DNA from: Escherichia phage UPWr_E1
Sequence record: PP418985.1
Strand: one strand, 5' to 3'
DNA: 64,000 bases
Part shown: positions 18,377 through 31,018 of the stretch, one piece after another
How positions within the stretch are numbered: position 1 is the stretch's first letter
Layout: each line of letters opens with the position of its first letter
Made by a program: the position numbers and the translations under genes
Notes under the pieces: generated by a model
Databases searched by the model: none
What the model saw: the letters and a program-made list of their open reading frames with translations, nothing else
Told to the model about the DNA's origin: nothing

Positions 18377-19942
18377 TTAAAAATCCTCTATTTCATCGGG
18401 AGTTTGTTTAAAGCGCGGATCGTTCGCTTCTTCTTCGATCTGTTTCTTCTCGGTGTCCATCTGGTCATCGGTATATTTCAGAATGTCACGCATCACTGTC
18501 TGGTTAGAGAAATACTTACCAATGTAAGGGGCGATACGTTCGATTAGACCGATTCGACGTTCTAAAATTTCCGCGTCTTTAACTTCTGTATAATAAGAGT
18601 CCCGATGGAAAACCACCTTGATATTATTTATTTCACGATCCCAATCGTCTTCCGTAATTACATTTTTGAGAATCAGATTATATTTAAGCGGATCGCGCAA
18701 TACTTCCGAAAACTGTGATTGCAGAGTTCTAATGAATTTCGAAAATTCCAACTCATCGCGAGTAATTTCTGAACCGTCACCGCCAATAACCATATTAGCA
18801 TCGGAGAGATTGCTACGTGACAATGGCACACGCAACGCTTCATACAATTTACGGTTAAAGTAGCGAATATCATCGATATCACTCATACCAGATGCACCAG
18901 GTAAAGTAGTAACATCGGTGATTGCTTTACCATCTCGACGCTGTAACCAGTAGTCCTCTGTCATTGATAGGTTTGCTTGCTGGTTTTTAAGTTTACCAGT
19001 CGATGCATCATAAACAACGCGGTTTTTAAAAGACTGTGCCACTGAGTTCATGTGCTGTGCAGCCTTGCGGTTGTTCATGTTTCCGGTATCAATAAAGAAT
19101 ACTCGACGTTCCGGTGCACGCGTGATACGATAAACGACCATTGCGTCTTCAAGCAATTTAAGCTGGTTTGCTGGCTTAACCGCCCGATGCAAATAACCAA
19201 TGATATATTTATCATCGCAATCCATCAAGCCGCTGTGAGCGTATGTAATAGCACTACGCGGGATTTTAACGCGACTATTGGGAGAGAATACTTGACCACC
19301 CGCGCAATAAGAACTATTGCCTACGGTGTAAATGAAATATTCTTTCGTTGCTTTATAAATTTTACCTTCCGGTGTGTCTTCTGTAATGATCTCGCGAACA
19401 TATTCAAGATTTCGTGGATCAAGCTGGCGTAATTCTACGATACCATCTTTTGGATTTTTACCGATGATTTTATGGAAGAAAATACGCGAATCGACATACC
19501 AGCGACGGAACATATCCTGACCGCGCTTATCAAACTGGATAGTGTTTAAAAGATCTTTAAATTCTTCATGAATGCGCTCTTTCACAGATTCACTAAAACC
19601 AGTCGCCTCAAGATTTAATGAAACAACGTCATGACCTTCTTCAAATACAATCGCATCGTTAACGATATTCTGTACAGCGTTTTCGACTTCATGGTTATTC
19701 ATCAAACCGCGATATGTGTTAACCAATTGCTTAGTTGTACTGATTTTCTGGTCGGTGCTGTAAAATTGCTGGGTAAGAGAGTTCCACGCGCTAGCCGGAG
19801 AGTTATCATTAATTTCTACTTCCGTAGCACCATCATTGTTTTTAGGTGCGGCGATAGACTCTGCTTTATCTTTAATTTGTTCTTCGTATTTGTCGTTGTC
19901 AAAATCAGCCCAACGCGCAAGCATTTTTAATCTACTAAACAT
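18377..19942 (-). CDS. 20: portal vertex protein gp20
   Basis: 521 aa; blocks RRWYVDSRIFFHKII, IIGYLHRAVKPANQLKLLEDA, YRITRAPERR, MTEDYWLQRRDGKA match recalled T4 gp20. Confidence 0.95.
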   Translation of the reverse strand: MFSRLKMLARWADFDNDKYEEQIKDKAESIAAPKNNDGATEVEINDNSPASAWNSLTQQFYSTDQKISTTKQLVNTYRGLMNNHEVENAVQNIVNDAIVFEEGHDVVSLNLEATGFSESVKERIHEEFKDLLNTIQFDKRGQDMFRRWYVDSRIFFHKIIGKNPKDGIVELRQLDPRNLEYVREIITEDTPEGKIYKATKEYFIYTVGNSSYCAGGQVFSPNSRVKIPRSAITYAHSGLMDCDDKYIIGYLHRAVKPANQLKLLEDAMVVYRITRAPERRVFFIDTGNMNNRKAAQHMNSVAQSFKNRVVYDASTGKLKNQQANLSMTEDYWLQRRDGKAITDVTTLPGASGMSDIDDIRYFNRKLYEALRVPLSRSNLSDANMVIGGDGSEITRDELEFSKFIRTLQSQFSEVLRDPLKYNLILKNVITEDDWDREINNIKVVFHRDSYYTEVKDAEILERRIGLIERIAPYIGKYFSNQTVMRDILKYTDDQMDTEKKQIEEEANDPRFKQTPDEIEDF

Positions 19943-19969
19943 TATTCACCTCGAATTGGGAGAAATTAA

Positions 19970-19988
19970 GCGGGGAACTTCTCCCCGC
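19970..19988 (-). other. intercistronic stem-loop GCGGGGA-n5-TCCCCGC between genes 19 and 20
   Basis: 7-bp inverted repeat; similar GCGGGG/CCCCGC hairpin between genes 18 and 19. Confidence 0.5.
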
Positions 19989-20000
19989 ATGATAATATAT

Positions 20001-20495
20001 TTATTCTACCCAATCGATAGCAAAAGTAACTTCAAACGTTTCAACTTCGTTGTTTTGTTCCCAATCGAGGGTTACTTCACCAACGTTGGTCGGGAAAATA
20101 CCGTACAATGTTTTTTCGCTAGTTGATTCGGTGTTACGGTTAAGTTGACGAACAATAGCTTGTTTCTTATATTGTGCAGGAGTTGCACCAGTGATCGCCG
20201 ATCCAGTACCATGTGTTTGATCGCTCCACGCAACGATAGCATCACGGATCTTGTGTGCGTCATCGTTGAATACAGTGATGGTCCAGTCGTCATATACACG
20301 GTCGCCAGCGATGTTAATTTTACGGTTTTGATAACCTACAGAGATTTTTTCTACGGTTGCAGCCGGGACAGTTGCCGCTTTACACATCAGCTTAAAGTTT
20401 TGCCCCAGATAAGGGATCTCAACTTCAAACAGGTTAGGACGAGCAAAATCGCCAGACTCGAAACCGCGTGTAATATCATTCAAATCGAGTGCCAT
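20001..20495 (-). CDS. 19: tail tube protein gp19
   Basis: 164 aa; FESGDFARPNLF, NRKINIAGDR, DDWTITVFNDDAH match recalled T4 gp19. Confidence 0.95.
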   Translation of the reverse strand: MALDLNDITRGFESGDFARPNLFEVEIPYLGQNFKLMCKAATVPAATVEKISVGYQNRKINIAGDRVYDDWTITVFNDDAHKIRDAIVAWSDQTHGTGSAITGATPAQYKKQAIVRQLNRNTESTSEKTLYGIFPTNVGEVTLDWEQNNEVETFEVTFAIDWVE

Positions 20496-20737
20496 AATTG
20501 ATATTCCTTAATAGAGCGGGGATTTTATCCCCGCTTGATTTAACTTTTAATCTATGCTAATTTACTGATTATGCCTGGTTAGCTGGACCGATAATTTCGT
20601 CAAAATCAGCACCAGTTGCAACAGCAGTGAAATTGAGCATGATATAGTTGATCGATTTTGCTGGTTTGATGAACATACTAGCAACAAATTCGTTACGATC
20701 AATTACATCCGGCGTGTTGTTCGTGGTGTCGCATTGT
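20465..20737. repeat. tandem duplication copy 1 (273 bp, identical to 20738-21010)
   Basis: contains the real gene 19 start and a displaced copy of the last 56 codons of gene 18. Confidence 0.9.
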
Positions 20738-21010
20738 CGCGTGTAATATCATTCAAATCGAGTGCCATAATTGATATTCCTTAATAGAGCGGGGATTTTA
20801 TCCCCGCTTGATTTAACTTTTAATCTATGCTAATTTACTGATTATGCCTGGTTAGCTGGACCGATAATTTCGTCAAAATCAGCACCAGTTGCAACAGCAG
20901 TGAAATTGAGCATGATATAGTTGATCGATTTTGCTGGTTTGATGAACATACTAGCAACAAATTCGTTACGATCAATTACATCCGGCGTGTTGTTCGTGGT
21001 GTCGCATTGT
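20738..21010. repeat. tandem duplication copy 2 (273 bp)
   Basis: contains the real gene 18 3' end and stop plus a second gene 19 start codon that runs into an out-of-frame stop after 21 codons. Confidence 0.9.
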
Positions 21011-22848
21011 ACTCGGAAGTCATAAATGCCACCCAGAGAGCGAATCGTGCTGAGATATTGCGAAACCTCCATACGGAAGGAAGCGCGAGTAAAGTTATCG
21101 TTGTTTTCAAACAGTTTGTATTTGCTTGAATCGCCGATATTCTTTTTCAGCATGTTAAACAGACGACGAACGTTAATGCGGTCAAACGGGCTAGGAACAG
21201 TAGTAGCGGTTTTATCACCCATCAGGATAAACCCTTCACCACCAGCACCAATTACCGGGTTAATTGCAGCCTGATACAGACGATCACGGTGTGCCTTGCG
21301 AGGCTCAATAGCCAGTTTAACTACGTTCATGATCTGACCACGGTTATAACCTGCCGGACTCATCCACGGTTGAGATACCGCATCAGTGCGAGCACACAAA
21401 CCAGCAATATCAGCAGCCAACGGAACCCAGCGGTTTACATCGTTGTATTTGTCATACTGATATTTGTAGTTACCATCAATAACCGCGTAAGTGGTATTAA
21501 TGTTCATGTTGTTGTCTGAATAATTGCTCTTTCCTTCTCGCCATGCGATCAGGTTATCAATTGCGGTAGTGACCGGAATATTAACAACAGTGCTACGCGG
21601 CGGAGAAACCATCACTAAGCAATCCTGACGCTCATCACCGATGGAAACAGCATGTTTCTGTACGGTGGAGAATGCATCACCTTCACCCGCACACGCACCA
21701 GCAATCAGCAGGTTTACATGAATAGACTCACGTTCAGCAAACAGATCCCAGCCTTTCATCATTGCGCCAATAAACGGATCAGCACCAACACCAACACCCG
21801 CAGTTGCGGATTCGTTAGCAGAAACACCACCAACCAAAGAGATGATACCACTGAAACCATCTACCCAGCCCTGAGCGGTTGCATAGATGTACTGACTAGC
21901 ACCACGAGCAAAGAAGTCGTCCATATAGATAGAATTGCCGTAAACGTCTTTATCCCCTTTCAGAGTAGACAGTACATAGGATTCTACCACAACACCATCT
22001 CGACGAACAATAAACGCATATTGATTATCATTCTGCGGTGCATATGGAATCAGGTTGCGTGCTGCGGCACGAGTTCCACCGAACGGATACAGTGTCAATT
22101 CAGGTGCTGCCGCTCCGCTAAACGCGCTACGTGCCAGAATCTCAACTTCCAGAGAGTTACCAATCTCACCAGCATAGATTGCACTTACCGCTGGCATATC
22201 ATACTTTTTGAGCTTAGTCAAAAATTCTTGATTGGTGATATTGGCGCGGGAAGTCTCCAGATCCGTTAAGAGAAGACCGGAATCGGTAACAATTTTAGAA
22301 ATGGTGATCGCCGCATTTGAGTTACCAGTGCCGGAAGTGATTTCTACGGTAAACCCATCCAGATTAGGATACACGCCAACGGATTTAGCCAGAGCAATGA
22401 TTTTCCCGGTTGGGATGAAAATACCTTTAATTTTACCTTCTGTATCTACTTTGGTTACTTTACCAGCGGTTTCAACTTCCTGACGATTGTATTTTACTTT
22501 AATTGAATCGCCTACTTTGTAGTTAGAACCTTCGTTGGTAATATTAAATTCTACGTTACCCGCGAGAGTGGTGGAGTTTTTCGCTTTTTCTGTATTCAGT
22601 ACACGAACAACACGCAGGTCGTTACCATACTGGAGGAAGTTAGCCCCGCTCATGAAATAGTCTGCGGTGTTATTATCCGGCTGACCAAATTTATTAACTA
22701 ATTCAACTTCATTAGTTACTTGAATAATCTGGAAAGCTGGACCCCATTGAAATTTACCTACCAGCGCCGCGCGACCAGTCGCAGATTGTACAATGGTAGT
22801 GGAGAGAGTAGTTTCTTTCGTTTCGAAACCCGGTGATAATAGAGTCAT
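20842..22848 (-). CDS. 18: tail sheath protein gp18
   Basis: 668 aa; MTLLSPG start; GKFQWGPAFQI, NFLQYGNDLRVVR, RWVPLAADIAGLCARTD, VPSPFDRINVRRLFNMLK match recalled T4 gp18. Confidence 0.95.
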   Translation of the reverse strand: MTLLSPGFETKETTLSTTIVQSATGRAALVGKFQWGPAFQIIQVTNEVELVNKFGQPDNNTADYFMSGANFLQYGNDLRVVRVLNTEKAKNSTTLAGNVEFNITNEGSNYKVGDSIKVKYNRQEVETAGKVTKVDTEGKIKGIFIPTGKIIALAKSVGVYPNLDGFTVEITSGTGNSNAAITISKIVTDSGLLLTDLETSRANITNQEFLTKLKKYDMPAVSAIYAGEIGNSLEVEILARSAFSGAAAPELTLYPFGGTRAAARNLIPYAPQNDNQYAFIVRRDGVVVESYVLSTLKGDKDVYGNSIYMDDFFARGASQYIYATAQGWVDGFSGIISLVGGVSANESATAGVGVGADPFIGAMMKGWDLFAERESIHVNLLIAGACAGEGDAFSTVQKHAVSIGDERQDCLVMVSPPRSTVVNIPVTTAIDNLIAWREGKSNYSDNNMNINTTYAVIDGNYKYQYDKYNDVNRWVPLAADIAGLCARTDAVSQPWMSPAGYNRGQIMNVVKLAIEPRKAHRDRLYQAAINPVIGAGGEGFILMGDKTATTVPSPFDRINVRRLFNMLKKNIGDSSKYKLFENNDNFTRASFRMEVSQYLSTIRSLGGIYDFRVQCDTTNNTPDVIDRNEFVASMFIKPAKSINYIMLNFTAVATGADFDEIIGPANQA

Positions 22849-22879
22849 TAGAATTTCCTCATCTTTTTATGCATTATCG

Positions 22880-25206
<2,327 letters not shown>

Positions 25207-25219
25207 AATAAATTACCTC

Positions 25220-26053
25220 TTAAAATTCTCTTACAATACGTGGACCCGGTGGAGTCGGCGCAACTGGTACAGGAATATCACTAGAATATGATTCTTTGAT
25301 TGTTCCGTCCCATTCTTCTTGTTCAACGTCACGTTTAACGACTTCATGATCCACAGATTCAAAATTGCCACTAGGATTTAATTCACGAGAATTAGCATGA
25401 AAATCAAGATAAATCGTCCTAATCTCTCCTTTAACGTCGGTAGCGGGAGGATAGATAAACCCGATGAACTCAAACATAATGGTCCACTCAAGACGGCGAC
25501 GAGAAAACTTATCTTCGCCTACCTGTTCATCTGGGGTAATAGAACTAATTGTGACCTGAATATCTCGATCAATCCATACATCATTACCGTGTAGTTCTTT
25601 AATCTTACAGTTAAAATGAGGCTGGAAGTAAGGAAGAATCTGTTCAATTATCTGAAACATATCATCTTCGTTACGCGTATAAATCCCCAACTCGAAAGTA
25701 AACTTATATGGTACAGGGTTATATTGTGTCACACTCCTGATTCCATCAGCCGTATATTTTGGTACTGTCTTATTTGCGATATTGGTTTTAAAGTTCTGGG
25801 CGTATGTCATATCAATCAAAGAAAGACACATACGCGGTAAAATAGTTTCTACCTTTGCTACGTCTTCCTCACTTGAGATATTGTTATATTTGTCCAGACT
25901 CATCATGAATTTTTCTTTCTTTGCGTAGGTGATAGGAACTTTAATAAAACGCTCACCGTCACTACGCACCCTTTTAATTTGTACACCGGAAAATAAATTA
26001 CCCAGCAATACAATATACCGTCTAATTGACGAATTATAGTGCCAACCGAACAT
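25220..26053 (-). CDS. 15: tail sheath stabilizer/completion protein gp15
   Basis: start MFGWHYNSS after AAGGGGG RBS; QDVAKVETILPR, QILPYFQPHF, SRRRLEWT match recalled T4 gp15; ORF-track start 26083 is a TTG extension. Confidence 0.9.
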   Translation of the reverse strand: MFGWHYNSSIRRYIVLLGNLFSGVQIKRVRSDGERFIKVPITYAKKEKFMMSLDKYNNISSEEDVAKVETILPRMCLSLIDMTYAQNFKTNIANKTVPKYTADGIRSVTQYNPVPYKFTFELGIYTRNEDDMFQIIEQILPYFQPHFNCKIKELHGNDVWIDRDIQVTISSITPDEQVGEDKFSRRRLEWTIMFEFIGFIYPPATDVKGEIRTIYLDFHANSRELNPSGNFESVDHEVVKRDVEQEEWDGTIKESYSSDIPVPVAPTPPGPRIVREF

Positions 26054-26079
26054 TTGACCCCCTTGTTTATGAGTATTTA

Positions 26080-26820
26080 TCAAAAATCGGCGAAAGGTGA
26101 ACCCTTGCCATTAATAGGATCAAATGGGTCAATAAAATCTTGTCCTTCGCTTCTGAATTGCTTATCTTCTTTGTACTGGTCTAAGTTGATATCTGTTAAC
26201 CCGTCCAGATTAGTGATCGGTGCAAGATCCAGATCTGCGAACTCATCAACATTAATTCCCTCATTACGCTGTAATTCTGGTCGCAATTCCTCGCCGCTAT
26301 ACACGAATTTCTCTGCAATAATTTTACGCATGGCATTTTTGCCAGCCTGAAAAAACGGCTGATATGGCTCGACGTAATTGATTTCAAAGAGATCATTACT
26401 CATTGGAATATAAATCAAGTCACCTGATTTTGGCTCTTGATCATCTACTTGATGCTTGAATAGGTTGGGGTTAACCGTAAAAGTTAGTTCATCATTGGCT
26501 TGATAACCGAAACTAGAGAAGAAATTACCAGCACCTTCATAACCATCAAACGAGTTAATATAAGCCGCAAATTTCCATGCTTTAGTGAATTTGCTTTGAA
26601 CATCTTCACCAAAGATCATATCTGGCTTGACAAATTCGCGAGGGATGTAATATAATTCTACACCTCGCATCTGAATAGCTTCTGCGACCATAACGTCGGC
26701 TAACGTCTGAGTATTTGTATATTTGTGAAAGTTCACATAAGGATTAAGAATCTCTGTTTGTCGTGTATTCTCATAATCCTTTTGCGATTCAAGGCGAGCA
26801 AAAAGAGTGTTGTTAAACAT
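26080..26820 (-). CDS. 14: neck protein gp14
   Basis: 246 aa; [30 protein letters not shown] match recalled T4 gp14. Confidence 0.9.
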   Translation of the reverse strand: MFNNTLFARLESQKDYENTRQTEILNPYVNFHKYTNTQTLADVMVAEAIQMRGVELYYIPREFVKPDMIFGEDVQSKFTKAWKFAAYINSFDGYEGAGNFFSSFGYQANDELTFTVNPNLFKHQVDDQEPKSGDLIYIPMSNDLFEINYVEPYQPFFQAGKNAMRKIIAEKFVYSGEELRPELQRNEGINVDEFADLDLAPITNLDGLTDINLDQYKEDKQFRSEGQDFIDPFDPINGKGSPFADF

Positions 26821-26856
26821 ATGTTACTCCAAATGGGGGAATACTCCCCCAATAAA

Positions 26857-27789
26857 TCAAATCATGAGGATGCCGAACGGAGGATCTAATAATTCTAGTT
26901 CTTGTCGTAATTTCTCAATGTCGGCGCGTGCTTCTTCAATTATTCGGATACCATCAACCGTTACGCCGCCAGGCAATTGTAGACCTTGATGTTTAGCCAT
27001 TATCGACCCCCAAACCTCCTTAGTGAAGGCTGTAGCCATATCTTTTACCCAACGGTTATTATATGCACCTTGCTTGTTTTCTCTAATTGGTCCCATTCCT
27101 GCCGAAATCCCGCTCAATCCTGCGGTTGGGTTATCATAAACAGCACTAATTCCGCCAGCGGTAGAGCATCCTCCAGCATGAGCATAGCCAGCGACCGCTC
27201 CCATCATATCAGGAACGTCTACATAGCTTTTAACATACAATTCAACTACAATGAGATCGCCTTCTCGAAAATTACCAGTGATCTTAAGTTGTCCGTTTGC
27301 GCTGTTATACCAGTAATCGGGAAGAGGATTAAGCATGTTTTGCATAGTTGCGCGATAGCTCATCAACTGAGCAAAGTAGCCTAAGTCACCGCCCATTGCA
27401 TTTGGACCGTAGAACTTACTACAGCCGGAACCTAAACCACCATTTACACCAGCCAGACCTAACAGAAAGTCAGTAAACCACGGATAAACGGCAGTACCAT
27501 CCATTGTAGCCGCGCTACCTACGTTTGTTCGAATTATTTTAGTTACTGCGAATACTCCAGAGTCGCTTAAATCAAATACCCCGTGTTGCGCTTGATCTGC
27601 ACTAACACGAAATACTTTATAACCTTTATTCACACCATCGAAATGATATTCCCCATAGAGTTCTAGTGCTCTCTGAATACAATCGTAAATCTGGTCTTCT
27701 GTGACTTCTACGTTAATTACCGGTGCGCCTAAGCGACGCAGAATAGCGTCTTTTAATTCTCTTGGGTTATTGGTTACATATCCTGACAT
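26857..27789 (-). CDS. 13: neck protein gp13
   Basis: 310 aa; [53 protein letters not shown] match recalled T4 gp13. Confidence 0.9.
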   Translation of the reverse strand: MSGYVTNNPRELKDAILRRLGAPVINVEVTEDQIYDCIQRALELYGEYHFDGVNKGYKVFRVSADQAQHGVFDLSDSGVFAVTKIIRTNVGSAATMDGTAVYPWFTDFLLGLAGVNGGLGSGCSKFYGPNAMGGDLGYFAQLMSYRATMQNMLNPLPDYWYNSANGQLKITGNFREGDLIVVELYVKSYVDVPDMMGAVAGYAHAGGCSTAGGISAVYDNPTAGLSGISAGMGPIRENKQGAYNNRWVKDMATAFTKEVWGSIMAKHQGLQLPGGVTVDGIRIIEEARADIEKLRQELELLDPPFGILMI

Positions 27790-27806
27790 AATATCACCTA
27801 TAAACG

Positions 27807-27826
27807 GAAAAGGGGCTTAACGCCCC
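27807..27826 (-). terminator. terminator-like hairpin after wac
   Basis: GGGGC-gttaa-GCCCC followed by TTTT on minus strand. Confidence 0.5.
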
Positions 27827-27835
27827 TTTAATTTC

Positions 27836-29605
27836 TTATACCGGAGAAATTCCAAAGAGGAACTCTTTAATTTGTAGCGGTTGCGCTAATGCTTCTACAG
27901 ATACACCCTTAATACGAATATCGATCCGGTCGCCCTTTTCAATATTTAGGAAAGCACTGGTAGAATAACTGATTAATTCATCAGTTCCATAATGACCATT
28001 TCGTACCTCATGTACAATCTGACCATTTTTAGCAATACCAACTACTAAAGTAGCGTTATGTGCCGCATGTACCGAACAACGGAAAACACAACGGAATAAG
28101 CCTTTGTCGTTAACCGTGACAAGAGATTCGCTCTTAACCATTCCACGCACAGGAACTTCTGCGGTCATATCGTTTAACGGGATTCCTTTGTATTGATCTT
28201 GCCCGTCGAGAGTAACATCAATCTGAGCGGTGTTTTTAAATGCACCAGCCGCCCATGCGACCTGAACCCATTCCCCGTGCTTACGTAGATAATGGAAACC
28301 ATCATCAGGAACGTCTGTTACCTTGCTTGCATTTGATGTGCTCAATGCCTTAACAGTTTTCACGATCCCATCTTGTTCAAGCTGCGTGCTTCCTTCTGGA
28401 TTGCCGTACATGTCGCTTGACAGCTTAATAACCCCAGCGGTTAGACCGGAATCGCGATCGCCGATCATTTGCTCGATATCCTGCACGCTTGCTTCTAAAC
28501 GCCCCTGCGTGTTTTCTACGATTTTCAGGCGACCAGCGATTGTGTGACGCTCGCTATCCGTACCCACTGTATTTGTTATACGTGCAACTTCACCGCGTAG
28601 GCCATCTGCGCCGCTAACACCGACAATAGATTTGAGGTCCACAAATTCCCGTTCTTGATTAGTCAATCGATAATCAATACTTCCAGCGGCTTGAGGATTG
28701 CCAATCTTATTTTCCAAAAGAGTTAACCGAGGACGAATACCAGCATCAACTCCATTGACTTCATCATTAAGCTGAGTATAATCAGACTGCAATTTAGTTA
28801 CTTTAGTACCGATATCAGGAATTGATTCAAACAGAATTGCTTTCTTTACTTCCTGAACTTCGTTTGATATACTAGCAATATTTCGAGTGTTTGTGCGAAG
28901 ACGAAGATAAACATTGTCTTGTGTTGCTAGTGATGTGTCGCCTAGCTCACTGCGCATTTTGTTAACTTGTTTTGTTAGCTCTCCAACGTCAGAATCTTGC
29001 CAGTCGTTTTCCAATTGGCGGATTCTCTGACCGTGGTTGCTTAATGCTTCCGTATTCTGAATTACTCGATATTTGATCCCTGAACCGGAACTACCCGGTT
29101 CAGGAGAACCGTTGATATTGAAGTTAGGGAAAGCGCCTAATTCTTGTTTGATGAAAGAAATATCATCATAGATTGTTCGTGTGCTCGGATCTGCTGCCGG
29201 ACGAACACCAATTTTCTTTCCGGTTTCTGCCAGTTCATCTACTGTGGTTTGTAATGTCCTTGAAGTTTCTCCTAAATTTTCTTCTACAGACTCAACCTTT
29301 GCAATAGTCTGATTGACAATATCAATAATACTACCATCAGCAACCGCGCCTAAAGTAGTTTTAATATCATTAACTGCTGTAACAACTTCGTTAACTTTTG
29401 TTACCGTTGTCTTAGAATTTTCATCCAGACGAACAATATTTTCTTGAATAGCATGAGGGGCGCGGTTAAGCGTCCCCTCATGTCCGGTTTCTGTAGTTGC
29501 TGCGCTTAGACATTCACCATTTTTAATCCAGCTAATAGAATGTTGTCCCTCTCCAGGGACACCATCGACGTTAGGGATCTTTCGAATGTTTAATTGTTCG
29601 ATCAT
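27836..29605 (-). CDS. wac: fibritin (whisker antigen control) with extra C-terminal domain
   Basis: N-terminal VDGVPGEGQHSISWIKNGE matches T4 fibritin; foldon-like GFHYLRKHGEWVQV followed by a further 135 aa. Confidence 0.85.
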   Translation of the reverse strand: MIEQLNIRKIPNVDGVPGEGQHSISWIKNGECLSAATTETGHEGTLNRAPHAIQENIVRLDENSKTTVTKVNEVVTAVNDIKTTLGAVADGSIIDIVNQTIAKVESVEENLGETSRTLQTTVDELAETGKKIGVRPAADPSTRTIYDDISFIKQELGAFPNFNINGSPEPGSSGSGIKYRVIQNTEALSNHGQRIRQLENDWQDSDVGELTKQVNKMRSELGDTSLATQDNVYLRLRTNTRNIASISNEVQEVKKAILFESIPDIGTKVTKLQSDYTQLNDEVNGVDAGIRPRLTLLENKIGNPQAAGSIDYRLTNQEREFVDLKSIVGVSGADGLRGEVARITNTVGTDSERHTIAGRLKIVENTQGRLEASVQDIEQMIGDRDSGLTAGVIKLSSDMYGNPEGSTQLEQDGIVKTVKALSTSNASKVTDVPDDGFHYLRKHGEWVQVAWAAGAFKNTAQIDVTLDGQDQYKGIPLNDMTAEVPVRGMVKSESLVTVNDKGLFRCVFRCSVHAAHNATLVVGIAKNGQIVHEVRNGHYGTDELISYSTSAFLNIEKGDRIDIRIKGVSVEALAQPLQIKEFLFGISPV

Positions 29606-31008
29606 TATTGTACCCTTATAACGTAGTTTAATGCAAGGCTTTTAACGCGAGTTTCGCCAGACGTTCTAACCTGTCTTGCGCTGTCAAAGTCTACTATAGC
29701 ACCCCAATCATCGCCCTTACCGTTTTTATAGTTGGTGTTCCATTGACCACCAATGAGACTAAATGCGCCATTAGCCCATCCACGATAGCGGTTAGCTACA
29801 GGGAATTGACCATTTATCCTTTGCATGGTATCATCTTGATACGTACCAAATCCGCGACCTGGATCTAAGCCTCGACCCCAATCACATCCACGAGCAACAA
29901 GACCGCGCATATCTGGAACAGCGAAATGATCTCCACCATCACCGCCGTATGTAAATCCAATGCGAGAAAACAATACTGGATATTGGTGTTTATTCAACCA
30001 TTGCCCGTTACAGATTTTGAATGCACCGTGATCATTGCTATTGAATGCAGTTAGAATAATTGCACCAATTGGCATACACCATGCATCCATTTCGTTTTTA
30101 GTGGTAAACTGGTTTCCGTCGCCATGTCCATGACGATATACATCACCCGTAACTACACCACCGCTTAGAGACAACACACGAGCATTTGCAGATAGCGCCG
30201 AGTTAGGCTCACCAGAACCGGGATTGTCTGTTAGTTTAACAACGCCAAATTGTCCAGTTGTTGCTTTAGTGTTTGCAAATTTTTGTGCTGATACTACTAC
30301 AGTGTTATCATTACCATCAATCATTTGCTGGGATGATGCAATTTTTACAGTACCCGCCTGATTCTCATTTGCTCGTGCATTAGCAAATGCATAAGGGCTA
30401 ACAGCAAATCCTTCTCGAATAGTCCCGGCAAGCGTTTGTTGGCTTGTCGCGAGTCGTACTAAACCCTCGCGGGATTCTGACGCTGTGTTTTGCTCTGGAA
30501 TCAATCCAGGAACAATCTGAGCAATAGCAGCGTGCATCTTTTTAGGCGTAACTGCCATAGTGTCATCGCTACCGATTTTTGCCGCATCCATAGAACAGAT
30601 TTTAATTGTACCCTGTACGGTTTCAGTTGCTTTCTTCTTCGCGAAGACATGAGTTAATGTATCTGGACCAATTGCGATGTTTGGCGTATCTCCCATAGCT
30701 TCATCATTGTTAGCATAACGAGTGATACCCTTAACAAATTTTGTTGCGTCCGGTCTTGACAGTTTAACAGCTAATGTTTTTGGGGTAACAATTTTAGTTC
30801 CATCCAATCCGTCATCTACTTCTTTTTGCGTAGCAATTTCAGCAATACCCGCTGTTTCTTCGGTTGCCGTTGGAAGACCTGCAATAGCAAACCCCTGAAT
30901 AGCGGCTAATGCCGCTTGTACGTTTTTTATATTGCTAGGCCAATTTCCGGTAGGGTCAAACTTAACATACTGTGCATCGTCTTTTACGTGATTAATAGTG
31001 TTATTCAT
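29605..31008 (-). CDS. 12: short tail fiber protein gp12
   Basis: 467 aa; YVKFDPT, VPDMRGL, LNYVIRV match recalled T4 gp12. Confidence 0.9.
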   Translation of the reverse strand: MNNTINHVKDDAQYVKFDPTGNWPSNIKNVQAALAAIQGFAIAGLPTATEETAGIAEIATQKEVDDGLDGTKIVTPKTLAVKLSRPDATKFVKGITRYANNDEAMGDTPNIAIGPDTLTHVFAKKKATETVQGTIKICSMDAAKIGSDDTMAVTPKKMHAAIAQIVPGLIPEQNTASESREGLVRLATSQQTLAGTIREGFAVSPYAFANARANENQAGTVKIASSQQMIDGNDNTVVVSAQKFANTKATTGQFGVVKLTDNPGSGEPNSALSANARVLSLSGGVVTGDVYRHGHGDGNQFTTKNEMDAWCMPIGAIILTAFNSNDHGAFKICNGQWLNKHQYPVLFSRIGFTYGGDGGDHFAVPDMRGLVARGCDWGRGLDPGRGFGTYQDDTMQRINGQFPVANRYRGWANGAFSLIGGQWNTNYKNGKGDDWGAIVDFDSARQVRTSGETRVKSLALNYVIRVQ

Positions 31009-31018
31009 AATTTACACC

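Noticed and set aside
21026-22483. Plus-strand ORFs inside gene 18 (21026..21274, 21289..21519, 21652..22269, 22232..22483)
   Set aside because: Antisense to the tail sheath gene, no RBS, composition typical of reverse-frame artifacts.
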